NCBI GenBank assembly: GCA_964510975.1
Contig: CAZEDR010000003.1
Span: forward strand, 1-34,444
Reading direction: 5' to 3'
Length of the DNA: 34,444 nucleotides
Source of the DNA: an uncultured Melioribacter sp.
GTDB lineage: Bacteria; Bacteroidota; Ignavibacteria; Ignavibacteriales; Melioribacteraceae
Positions 16,818 through 25,400 of this stretch are shown piece by piece. The notes under the pieces were generated by a model, which was not told where the DNA came from, did no database searches, and saw only the letters and a list, made by a program, of their open reading frames with translations. How positions within the stretch are numbered: position 1 is the first letter of the stretch; every line of letters starts with the position of its first letter. A program made the position numbers and the translations under genes.

Positions 16818-16845
16818 TGTAACAAATTGATCGTTGGACTCGTCT
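16818..16845 (+). promoter_or_regulatory. ECF-type promoter, probably autoregulatory
   Basis: TGTAAC-N17-CGTCT, about 20 bp upstream of GTG 16866. Confidence 0.7.
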
Positions 16846-16865
16846 TTAATACAAGAAAAGAAATC

Positions 16866-17399
16866 GTGTTTACTGAACAAAAATATCGTTTCATTATTCA
16901 GCAATATAAGAACAAAATTTACTCATATTCTTTTTACATGCTGAAGAACAGAATGGACGCGGATGACGTTACACAGGAAACTCTTATCCGCATTTGGAAG
17001 AACATTGATTTAGTGAATGCTTTAGCTGCAAAATCGTGGATAATGAAAACAACACACAATTTATGTATAGATTTTTTAAGGAAGCGCGCAGTTGCCGTTA
17101 ACAGAGAAAGTGAAATTGATGAAATGTTTGAAGAATACTTTTCTACAGAGGAAAGTTCACATAATCCATACTTAACAACACATTTTAAAATGATGTCATC
17201 TAAAATAAAAGAAGCCATACAACGCTTACCGGAAAACATGAGAAGCGTTTTTGTTCTCTACGAGATAAACGGGTTAAAGTACAGAGAAATAGCCAAGGCG
17301 CTTGAAATACCGGAAAACTCTGTAAAAGTTTATTTGATGAGAGCTAGAAAAAAATTGCAAGAGGAATTAAAAGCATATGAACCGCAAGAAGCAGTTTGA
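16866..17399 (+). CDS. ECF RNA polymerase sigma factor
   Basis: Region 2 DADDVTQETLIRIW...WI...NLCIDFLRK; region 4 LPENMR...YREIA...VKVYLMRARKKL. GTG 16866 preferred because the ORF-track TTG at 16827 lies inside the promoter. Confidence 0.93.
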   Translation: MFTEQKYRFIIQQYKNKIYSYSFYMLKNRMDADDVTQETLIRIWKNIDLVNALAAKSWIMKTTHNLCIDFLRKRAVAVNRESEIDEMFEEYFSTEESSHNPYLTTHFKMMSSKIKEAIQRLPENMRSVFVLYEINGLKYREIAKALEIPENSVKVYLMRARKKLQEELKAYEPQEAV

Positions 17400-17940
17400 A
17401 CTTACTGAGGAAATGAAAAATAAAATTATCGCCGCTGCATATAAAGATGCTTCGTGGCTGGATAGAATTAGTGTTTGGCGTTTAACTTCTCAAAATGAAG
17501 AAGCGAGAATTCTTTTCAAGTCTTACCGCGCTACGGCAGAGGCTGTATCAAAACTGAGCGAAGAAGAGTGTCCTTCTTATTTAATAAAAACTATTGATGG
17601 TAAAGCGGAAAAAGCCACCCCGAACAATTTCTTGAATGATTTGTATTCAATTGTATTTGCATGTCCGGCTATTTCTCTGGCAATGGTTCTTGTTATTGTT
17701 TCTATTATAATGTTTGGTGTTATACGCAATCAAACAGTTGAATACGAATTCTCGCAAGCGGAAGTAGTTGAAGCAGACAAGCAAGCTCAGCAGGCGCTCG
17801 CAATTGTAGGTAATATTTTTAAACAAACTAAAACAACTTTAGAGAACGATGTACTCGGTGATAAAGTTGCAAAACCATTAAACAAAGGATTAGGAATACT
17901 TAACAACATATTTGAAGGAGAACAAAATGAAATCAATTAA
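17377..17940 (+). CDS. putative single-pass anti-sigma factor
   Basis: Overlaps the sigma gene; cytoplasmic N-domain, one TM (AISLAMVLVIVSIIMFGV) and a helical extracytoplasmic tail. No HxxxCxxC motif. Confidence 0.7.
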   Translation: MNRKKQFELTEEMKNKIIAAAYKDASWLDRISVWRLTSQNEEARILFKSYRATAEAVSKLSEEECPSYLIKTIDGKAEKATPNNFLNDLYSIVFACPAISLAMVLVIVSIIMFGVIRNQTVEYEFSQAEVVEADKQAQQALAIVGNIFKQTKTTLENDVLGDKVAKPLNKGLGILNNIFEGEQNEIN

Positions 17941-18493
17941 AATGTTTTTGGCGCTGTTGTTTGCAGTTACACTTACAACATTCGCACAGCAAAAAGATGA
18001 TTACTCAACCGATCCGGGCTATTTCGACTATGCGGAATACACCCAGTTCAAAAACATTGAGCCTAAAACAGCTATTCATCTTGAAGGACCTATGCTTAAA
18101 GCTATTGGCAAAATGGGCGCGAATAAAAACGAAAAGGTTGCTCAAATGATTGCCTCATTGAAACTGATAAAGGTTAATCAATTTCCAATATTAAAAACCG
18201 ATCTAGATAATACCGAAGCCACCATTGCTGCAATGGATAAGAAACTTCAAGCGCAGAAGTGGGATCGCATAATTAAAACAAAAGACAAAGGTAAGTTTGC
18301 CAGCGTTTATGTAAAGACTGGCGAAGGAAGTGATTATGCCGGACTCTTTGTAATTGCAATGGATAAAGAGGATGATCTTACTTTAGTGAATGTAGTTGGC
18401 AAGATTGATCTTGAGACAATTGGAAGTTTGGCAGATGAGATGAATCTGCCCGGCTTAGATAAAACTAAATCCGCAAAAAAAGACAAAGAATAA
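17927..18493 (+). CDS. DUF4252 domain secreted protein
   Basis: GAAGGAG RBS, signal peptide and LTLVNVVGKIDLETIGSL; typical position after an ECF/anti-sigma pair. Confidence 0.8.
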   Translation: MKSIKMFLALLFAVTLTTFAQQKDDYSTDPGYFDYAEYTQFKNIEPKTAIHLEGPMLKAIGKMGANKNEKVAQMIASLKLIKVNQFPILKTDLDNTEATIAAMDKKLQAQKWDRIIKTKDKGKFASVYVKTGEGSDYAGLFVIAMDKEDDLTLVNVVGKIDLETIGSLADEMNLPGLDKTKSAKKDKE

Positions 18494-18501
18494 ATTTGTC
18501 C

Positions 18502-18535
18502 TGCCCGGGTTCACAAAACCGGGCATTATTTTTTT
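18502..18535 (+). terminator. intrinsic terminator
   Basis: TGCCCGG...CCGGGCA followed by TTATTTTTTT. Confidence 0.75.
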
Positions 18536-18613
18536 CTATGTGAACAAACCTTTCGGGCTATTGTTAGTCTAAAGAACAGAAGAATTTGAAAAGTTCGTAC
18601 AGAAGGGATTCAC

Positions 18614-21262
18614 ATGAAAAAGCTCTTACCATTAATTTTTATATTCATTACTACACTATTACTCGCTTCCGGAAATAAACAACCACAGAAAGCGGTTCCC
18701 GCTTACAAAGTTGTACTCGCAACTATTCTTGTTGATGGAAAACTTGATGAGCAAGTTTGGAAAAACATTGCTGTAGATCAGTTTACACAGAAAGATCCAA
18801 AGGAAGGAGAACCGGCAACTCAAAAAACCGAAGTTTGGATTGCTTACGATGACGAATACCTATATGTTGCAGCCCGCATGCATGATACTAATCCGGAGTT
18901 GATGGATGTTTCTCTTTCCAGACGAGACAATTACTTTCCATCCGATTGGTTTGTTTTTTATGTAGATCCATTTAACGATAAACGAACCGGCAATTTCTTT
19001 GGCATCAATGCCGCCGGTACTTTAATAGATGGCGTTTTATTTAATGATAGCTGGGACGATTCTTCTTGGGACGGTGTTTGGGAAGGTAAGACAACTATTG
19101 ATGGCAACGGTTGGTCGCTCGAAATGAGAATTCCTTTTTCTCAATTACGCTTTAAGGAATCTGATAAAATGACTTGGGGAATAAATTTTACCAGAGAAAT
19201 GAAAAGAAGCGGAGAGAATTCCTATTTCGTAATGGTTCCCAAAAAGGAAAGCGGCTTTGTATCCCGCTTTGCTTCGCTTGAAGGTTTAGATGGAATAAAA
19301 CCAAAGCAGCGTTTTGAAATTTTACCATACATAGTTCAAAAAGGACAATCTTTAGTTCACGATGCAAACGATCCTTTTTATAAATCAAATCAATTTAAAA
19401 CAACTATTGGCGCTGATTTCAAAGTAGGCATCGGCTCTAGCTTAAACATTGATGCAACTATCAATCCGGACTTCGGACAAGTGGAAGTAGATCCGGCGGT
19501 AATAAATCTCTCTGCGTTTGAATCTTACTTTGAAGAGAAGAGACCATTTTTTATTGAAGGTTCTAATTCTTTTTACTTTGGTATTGGCGGCGCTAATAAT
19601 AATTGGGGATTTAATTTCGGCTGGCCGGAATTATTTTATTCAAGAAGAATTGGCCACTCGCCGCAAGGCAGTACTTCCGGTGCGGATTATGTTAACTCTC
19701 CAACTGAAACAAGAATAATTGGCGCCGCAAAATTAACCGGCAAACTTGATGACGTTACAACTATTGGCGCGGTCAGCGCTATAACAGAAAGAACATTTGC
19801 TACGCTTTATAACAACGGAATTCAAACAACCGAACAAGTTGAACCGCTAACTCATTACGGAATTCTTCGCACTAAACGAGAATTTAACGACGGACGTCAA
19901 TCGCTCGGCTTTATGATGACTTCTGTTAACCGCGGATTAAACAGCTCTGCCTTGGAATCGCGTCTTGCAAAAAATGCTTTCACTTTTGGTTTAGACGGTT
20001 ATACTTTTCTCGATGAAGCAAAAATTTATGTTCTCTCCACTGCGTTCGCCGGTTCTTATATTCATGGTACAAAAGAATTTTTACAAAATTTACAAAAGCG
20101 GCCTTATAGATATCTTCAAAGACCCGATGCAACTTACATGACTTACGATTCTACTTTAACATCTTTGGGAGGTTGGTACGGCAGATTGATGCTAAACAAA
20201 CAAGAGGGAAATTTCTATATCAATGCCGCTCTTGGCGCAGTTAGTCCGGGCTTTGAACATAACGATCTCGGTTTCCAATTTATGGCCGATAGAATTAACA
20301 GTCACCTTGTTCTTGGATACAGATGGTTTGAGACAGACGGATTATTTAGAACAAAAAGAGTTTATGTTTCTCACGCCCGTTCGTATGATTTTGAAGGAAA
20401 CATAATTTCAAATTTTATTTGGTCCAGAACGGATTTCGAATTTGAAAACTACTGGCAGTTTGGAACAAATGCCTTTTATGCTTTTGAATCTACCAACAAA
20501 ACAGCAACTCGCGGCGGACCAATAATTAAAAATCCCTCAGGATATTCTTTATCCGCCGATGTAAGTTCCGACAGCAGAAAAAAAATCATATTTGAGTTTA
20601 GCTACAATTACGAAAAAGATGATCTCAACGCAGCGGCATCCAGTTATTCTTTAGACGCAAACTGGAAACCGAGCTCGCAACTAAGCCTCTCGATTGGGCC
20701 GAGTTATCAAATCAACAACGACACGAGACAGTGGGTTAGCAACATTGATGATTCGAAAGCAGTAAAGACTTATGGAAAGCGTTATGTATTTGCAAACATT
20801 GATCAGAAAACACTTTCTGCAAACATCCGTTTGAATTGGACTTTTACACCTACACTTAGTTTGCAGTTATTTATGCAGCCCCTTTTAGCGGTGGGCAAGT
20901 ATTACAAGTTCAAGGAAGTTGCTTCACCAAATTCTTTAGCACTTAACGAGTATGGAACAAACGGTTCAACTGTAAGCTACAATCAAAACAACGATGAGTA
21001 TTTGATTGACCCGGATGGAAGCGGTTCGGCAGAACAATTTTCACTATCCAATCCGAATTTCAATTTCAAATCTTTGCGCGGCAACGCAGTTTTAAGATGG
21101 GAAGTTAATCCCGGTTCAATTTTATATTTTGTTTGGTCGCATGATCAGCAAAATTATGATAATGCCGGCGAGTTTTCTTTTGGCAGAGACATGAAAAATT
21201 TATGGCGAAGTGAGGGTAATAATATTTTTATGGTTAAGTTTTCTTATTGGCTGGATATGTAA
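18614..21262 (+). CDS. CBM9/DOMON-like + DUF5916 outer-membrane protein
   Basis: VDGKLDEQVW...YDDEYLYVA and WSLEMRIPFSQLRF (CBM9-like); NPDFGQVEVD...EKRPFF and YSRRIG (DUF5916); barrel-type end FMVKFSYW. Confidence 0.85.
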   Translation: MKKLLPLIFIFITTLLLASGNKQPQKAVPAYKVVLATILVDGKLDEQVWKNIAVDQFTQKDPKEGEPATQKTEVWIAYDDEYLYVAARMHDTNPELMDVSLSRRDNYFPSDWFVFYVDPFNDKRTGNFFGINAAGTLIDGVLFNDSWDDSSWDGVWEGKTTIDGNGWSLEMRIPFSQLRFKESDKMTWGINFTREMKRSGENSYFVMVPKKESGFVSRFASLEGLDGIKPKQRFEILPYIVQKGQSLVHDANDPFYKSNQFKTTIGADFKVGIGSSLNIDATINPDFGQVEVDPAVINLSAFESYFEEKRPFFIEGSNSFYFGIGGANNNWGFNFGWPELFYSRRIGHSPQGSTSGADYVNSPTETRIIGAAKLTGKLDDVTTIGAVSAITERTFATLYNNGIQTTEQVEPLTHYGILRTKREFNDGRQSLGFMMTSVNRGLNSSALESRLAKNAFTFGLDGYTFLDEAKIYVLSTAFAGSYIHGTKEFLQNLQKRPYRYLQRPDATYMTYDSTLTSLGGWYGRLMLNKQEGNFYINAALGAVSPGFEHNDLGFQFMADRINSHLVLGYRWFETDGLFRTKRVYVSHARSYDFEGNIISNFIWSRTDFEFENYWQFGTNAFYAFESTNKTATRGGPIIKNPSGYSLSADVSSDSRKKIIFEFSYNYEKDDLNAAASSYSLDANWKPSSQLSLSIGPSYQINNDTRQWVSNIDDSKAVKTYGKRYVFANIDQKTLSANIRLNWTFTPTLSLQLFMQPLLAVGKYYKFKEVASPNSLALNEYGTNGSTVSYNQNNDEYLIDPDGSGSAEQFSLSNPNFNFKSLRGNAVLRWEVNPGSILYFVWSHDQQNYDNAGEFSFGRDMKNLWRSEGNNIFMVKFSYWLDM

Positions 21263-21300
21263 GACAGCAGTAATTAGCAGATGGTATTGAGTAGTTAGAT

Positions 21301-21330
21301 AAAAGCCGCGCTCCGTTAGTGCGGCTTTTT
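21301..21330. terminator. bidirectional intrinsic terminator
   Basis: AAAAGCCGCGCT-CCGTT-AGTGCGGCTTTTT between convergent genes. Confidence 0.85.
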
Positions 21331-22448
21331 TATGTCGTCTTCTTGTAATTCAAAATTGCCAGTCCGTTAAACACAACCGCAAAACCGAACACGATTAGAA
21401 AATGAAATCGTAAATCCCAAAAGCTGCTTCCTTTAAGAACAAGCATTCGCATTGCTTCAATTAAATAGCTAACCGGATTTATATAAGTTAGATATTGCGC
21501 CCAGTCGGGCATGTTTTCTATTGGGGCGAACAAGCCGCCGAGCAGAACAAAAATCATCATAAAAAAGTAGGCAATGAACATAGCTTGTTGTTGGGTTTCT
21601 GCGAACGTAGAAGTAAGCAGCCCGAAACCAAGAATCGCAACAAGATAAATCCCGGCAAAAAGGTAACCAACGATAAAGCTTCCTGCCGGATATATTCCAT
21701 AAAGAATAAAGCTAATTATAAACCCGATTGAGAGAACAAGCATTCCCAAAATCCAAAAGGGAATAAGTTTGCCAAGAATGAACTGATACTTTTTTAACGG
21801 AGTTACATTTAGCTGCTCAATTGTTCCGCTTTCCTTTTCTTTAACAATATTTAACGATGTAAGGATGAAGCCAACTAGTGTTACGAGTAAAGCCAAAACT
21901 CCCGGGACTATAAAATACTTGTAATTCATTTTTGGGTTGAACCAATTTGAACTTGTTACATCTATAATCGGAAGCGGATTTAAGCGCGGCTGCTGAATCC
22001 ATTCTGCGCGAATATCGTTATTAAACTCACGAATAATTGAAGAAGAATAGGAAACAGCGAGCCCGGCTGTTTGTCCATTAATCGCATTTGCGGAAAGCAT
22101 TACTTTTGTTTGGTTTTCTCTAGTGAGATCACTTTCAAAGTATTTTGGAATTTCAATTATCAAATCTGCTTTGTCGGTTTCAATTATTTTTAGAGCCTCG
22201 CCATAAGTCGGAGAAAGATTAACAAGTTTGAAATAGCCCGAAGAAGTAATTTTATCAAGCAACTTTCTTGAATAATCAGAATGATCGTTATCAACAACTG
22301 CCAGTAGAATGTTTTTCATTTCATAGTTAGCCGCAAATGGCAGAAGAATTAACTGTAAAACCGGCATAACAAAAATCATTCGCAAAATCAGTTTGTTACG
22401 AAAGATTTGTAAAAACTCTTTTCGAAGTATAAATAATAGTGTTCTCAT
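21330..22448 (-). CDS. ABC-2 type transporter permease (YbhR-like)
   Basis: KEFLQIFR, VKEKESGTIEQLNVTP and PIENMP motifs; multiple TMs. Confidence 0.92.
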   Translation of the reverse strand: MRTLLFILRKEFLQIFRNKLILRMIFVMPVLQLILLPFAANYEMKNILLAVVDNDHSDYSRKLLDKITSSGYFKLVNLSPTYGEALKIIETDKADLIIEIPKYFESDLTRENQTKVMLSANAINGQTAGLAVSYSSSIIREFNNDIRAEWIQQPRLNPLPIIDVTSSNWFNPKMNYKYFIVPGVLALLVTLVGFILTSLNIVKEKESGTIEQLNVTPLKKYQFILGKLIPFWILGMLVLSIGFIISFILYGIYPAGSFIVGYLFAGIYLVAILGFGLLTSTFAETQQQAMFIAYFFMMIFVLLGGLFAPIENMPDWAQYLTYINPVSYLIEAMRMLVLKGSSFWDLRFHFLIVFGFAVVFNGLAILNYKKTT

Positions 22449-23551
22449 CCCAACCTAATCTTAAATCTTTTTAAACTTATGAAAATAAAGAAGAGCGTCA
22501 TTCCAGTTAGTATAAGCGACTCTTTCCAAACGCCGGCGAAGCCCAAACCTTTTATCATCACCGACTTAACCATAACTATGTACCACTTTGCCGGAATAAT
22601 GTTGCTGAGGACTTGCAGAATTACCGGCATATTAGCTATTGGAAATGCGTAACCACTTAACATCACTACAGGAAGCATTAACCCGAGTAATGAAATTAAC
22701 ATAGCGGCAAGTTGTGAATCTGTAACCGTTGAAATTAATACTCCAAGCGAAAGAGCACAGAAGAGATATAAAATTGTTACTGCAATCAAAAGAAAGATGC
22801 TTCCTTGAATAGGCATTCCTAAAACAAAAACGCTAACAAGCAAAATGGTTGCAATGTTTACAAGCGAAATAACAAAGTAGGGAATTACTTTGCTGAGAAT
22901 TACAAGAAGCGGTTTCATCGGCGATACTAAAAGTATTTCCATTGTTCCCAACTCTTTTTCTTTAACAATCGAAATCGATGTCATCATAGTTGAAATGAGA
23001 AGAAGAATCATTCCCATAACACCCGGTACGGATGAGTAAGAACCCTTAAGTTCCGGGTTATAGAGCATTCTCATTTCTGTGTTAATTGTGTAAGGAAGTT
23101 TGTTTTGTTCGTTTAAGTCATTCTGGTAATCCATAATTATTAAACTTGCATAATTAACAAGCGTTGTTGCCTGATTTGGATCGGTCGCATCGGCAATTAG
23201 TTGAATCTGTGCTTTGTTACCGTGCGCAAGTTCGTTCTGAAAATTAGATTGGAAAACAACTGCTAGTTTAATTTTTCCGGTTTTAAATGCTTCCTCTATC
23301 TGCTTGTTGGAAGTTAACGTTCTCTCTACATCAAAATATCTGCTGCTTTCAAACTTTGTAATTATTTTTTGTGTGGTTTCGTCTTTTGCATTATCGAGTA
23401 TCGCAATGTTTGAATTTCTTGTTTCGGTTGTTATTGCAAAACCGAAAATTAAAAGCTGTATTATCGGCAAGCCAAGCAAAACCATCATAGAGCGTACATC
23501 CCGCAAAATGTGATGGAATTCTTTTCTTATAAATGTTAATAGCTGTTTCAT
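22445..23551 (-). CDS. ABC-2 type transporter permease (YbhS-like)
   Basis: KEFHHILRD, VKEKELGTMEILLVSP and FPIANMP motifs. Start set at MKQLL (23551) because the longer ORF runs through a repeat. Confidence 0.92.
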   Translation of the reverse strand: MKQLLTFIRKEFHHILRDVRSMMVLLGLPIIQLLIFGFAITTETRNSNIAILDNAKDETTQKIITKFESSRYFDVERTLTSNKQIEEAFKTGKIKLAVVFQSNFQNELAHGNKAQIQLIADATDPNQATTLVNYASLIIMDYQNDLNEQNKLPYTINTEMRMLYNPELKGSYSSVPGVMGMILLLISTMMTSISIVKEKELGTMEILLVSPMKPLLVILSKVIPYFVISLVNIATILLVSVFVLGMPIQGSIFLLIAVTILYLFCALSLGVLISTVTDSQLAAMLISLLGLMLPVVMLSGYAFPIANMPVILQVLSNIIPAKWYIVMVKSVMIKGLGFAGVWKESLILTGMTLFFIFISLKRFKIRLG

Positions 23552-23558
23552 GCTTTTC

Positions 23559-23620
23559 CTTTGTGTCCTCGTGTCTTTGTGGCACAGAGCTTTTCTGCCA
23601 CCAAGGCACCAAGTCACTAA
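23559..23620. repeat. hairpin element built from 3+3 inverted 8-nt units (CAC type)
   Basis: TTTGTGTC CTCGTGTC TTTGTGGCA ... TGCCACCAA GGCACCAA GTCACTAA. Confidence 0.75.
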
Positions 23621-23623
23621 AAA

Positions 23624-24367
23624 TTATTCTCCGCGTTTTGCGCTGCGAGCCAGCATTAAAAAAACTTCTTCCATTGATTTAACGTTGTATTGCTTCTTCA
23701 AACCTTCCGGTGAATCCAGCGCTTTAATTACACCGTCAACCATAATTGAAACACGGTGACAATATTCGGCTTCATCCATATAATGTGTTGTAACAAAAAC
23801 AGTAATTCCGCTGTCTGCGGCTTCGTAAATCATATCCCAGAACTGTCTGCGCGTAATCGGATCTACGCCGCCGGTTGGTTCATCTAAAAAAACAATCTTC
23901 GGCTGATGAAGAATCGCAATGCTGAAAGAGAGTTTTTGTTTCCAGCCAAGAGGCAGCGAAGTAACAAGTTTATCAGCTTCTTCATTTAGTCCAAGTTTAT
24001 CTATTAACGCGTTTCCTTTTTTAATCAGCTCCGCATCACTCAGCCCGTAAATTCCGCCGAACAATTGGATGTTTTCCCTTATCGTTAAATCTTCATACAG
24101 AGAAAACTTTTGGCTCATGTAGCCAATGTTTTTCTTTATCATTTCGGTTTGTTTGTAAACATCATATCCGGCAACTGCCGCCTTACCGCTGCTTGGCTTG
24201 GAAATACCAATAAGCATTTTCATTGCAGTGGTTTTTCCCGCACCGTTAGCGCCAAGAAATCCAAATATTTCTCCTTTGAACACTTCAAAAGAAATTTCGT
24301 TTGTAGCGATAAAATCGCCGAACCTCTTGGTAAGCTTATCTGTTTTTATTACAATTTCTCTATTCAT
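23624..24367 (-). CDS. ABC transporter ATP-binding protein (like the C-terminal half of YbhF)
   Basis: Walker A GANGAGKT, degenerate signature LPLGWKQ, FLDEPT and THYMDEAE. Confidence 0.94.
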   Translation of the reverse strand: MNREIVIKTDKLTKRFGDFIATNEISFEVFKGEIFGFLGANGAGKTTAMKMLIGISKPSSGKAAVAGYDVYKQTEMIKKNIGYMSQKFSLYEDLTIRENIQLFGGIYGLSDAELIKKGNALIDKLGLNEEADKLVTSLPLGWKQKLSFSIAILHQPKIVFLDEPTGGVDPITRRQFWDMIYEAADSGITVFVTTHYMDEAEYCHRVSIMVDGVIKALDSPEGLKKQYNVKSMEEVFLMLARSAKRGE

Positions 24368-25323
24368 TGCGCTTCAATCTCTTCCGTAAGTCCTTCTCTT
24401 TGGGAAGGATGGGCTTTCATCAATTGCATAAAGCAGTCTTCTATTCCCGGTTCTATCTTTTTTATTGTTGCGTGTTTGTGTCCGTTTGCAGCAAGATATT
24501 TTTCCTGCTCGTTTATATTTTCTTCTTTTAGGGTTAGGTGATGATTCTCTCCAAAAGCAAAACAACTTTCTGTTAGAGGAAATGCGCGCAGATCAATTAA
24601 CAGTTTAAACATGTTTTCCGAATGGACGGCGTAGAGATTCTGCCCAAACTGCTTAACTATCTCGTCTGGAGTGTCGATCTTCATAATTTTCCCTTTCTGC
24701 ATCAACGCAATTCTATCACAAAGTTTTGCTTCATCCATATAAGGAGTTGAAACGAGAATTGTAATGCCTTGCTTCTTTAATCGCTTTAACATTTCCCAAA
24801 ACTCCTTACGGGAAACGGGATCGACACCGGTTGTTGGTTCATCTAGAAATAAAACTTTTGGCTTATGAATTAACGCGCAGCTAAGTGCTAATTTTTGTTT
24901 CATTCCACCGCTAAGCTTACCAGCACGGCGGGTTTTAAACGGTTCGAGTTGTTTATAAATGTCAGCAACTAAATCATAATTCTCTTGAATTGTTGTGTTG
25001 AAGATGGTCGCAAAGAATTCTAAATTTTCTTCCACCGTTAAATCTTGATAAAGAGAAAACCTTCCGGGCATGTAGCCAATTATATCCCGGATTGTTTTCC
25101 AGTCGTTAACAACATCGTTACCCAAAACATTTGCGCTCCCTTTATCTGCAAGAAGAAGCGTAGTAAGAATTCTAAAGATTGATGTTTTGCCTGCGCCATC
25201 CGGTCCAATCAGACCAAAGATTTCTCCCTCTTCAACAGAAAAGGAAACATTATCAACAGCCGTAACCGTCGTCTTTTTTGTTGTATATGTCTTAACTATA
25301 TTATTTACTGTGATTGCTTTCAT
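24364..25323 (-). CDS. ABC transporter ATP-binding protein (like the N-terminal half of YbhF)
   Basis: GPDGAGKT, LSGGMKQ, FLDEPT and STPYMDEA. Confidence 0.94.
   Translation of the reverse strand: MKAITVNNIVKTYTTKKTTVTAVDNVSFSVEEGEIFGLIGPDGAGKTSIFRILTTLLLADKGSANVLGNDVVNDWKTIRDIIGYMPGRFSLYQDLTVEENLEFFATIFNTTIQENYDLVADIYKQLEPFKTRRAGKLSGGMKQKLALSCALIHKPKVLFLDEPTTGVDPVSRKEFWEMLKRLKKQGITILVSTPYMDEAKLCDRIALMQKGKIMKIDTPDEIVKQFGQNLYAVHSENMFKLLIDLRAFPLTESCFAFGENHHLTLKEENINEQEKYLAANGHKHATIKKIEPGIEDCFMQLMKAHPSQREGLTEEIEAQ
24388..24416. repeat. short GC hairpin inside the ATPase 3' end
   Basis: TCCTTCTC-TTT-GGGAAGGA; reads AHPSQREGL on the coding strand. Confidence 0.45.
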
Positions 25324-25338
25324 TTTTTGTTTGCTTTT

Positions 25339-25399
25339 CTTTGCGCCTTAGCGACTCTGCGAGAAAATCTTCTCTCGCAAAGACGCAGAGAACGCTAAG
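25339..25399. repeat. hairpin element built from 3+3 inverted 8-9-nt units (CGC type)
   Basis: CTTTGCGC CTTAGCGA CTCTGCGAGA ... TCTCGCAAAG ACGCAGAG AACGCTAAG. Confidence 0.8.
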
Positions 25400-25400
25400 G

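Noticed and set aside
16827-16865. Longer TTG start for the ECF sigma
   Set aside because: It lies inside the TGTAAC/CGTCT promoter; GTG 16866 fits better.
23552-23617. ORF-track N-terminal extension of the permease (MTWCLGG...), plus short ORFs 23391-23612 and 23550-23759
   Set aside because: They are translations through the octamer hairpin repeat. The permease-like sequence begins at MKQLL (23551).
23624-25323. Two adjacent ATPase genes as a split or frameshifted ybhF pseudogene
   Set aside because: Both have starts, intact Walker A/B motifs and ATGA coupling. The LPLG signature is normal for the second domain of this family.
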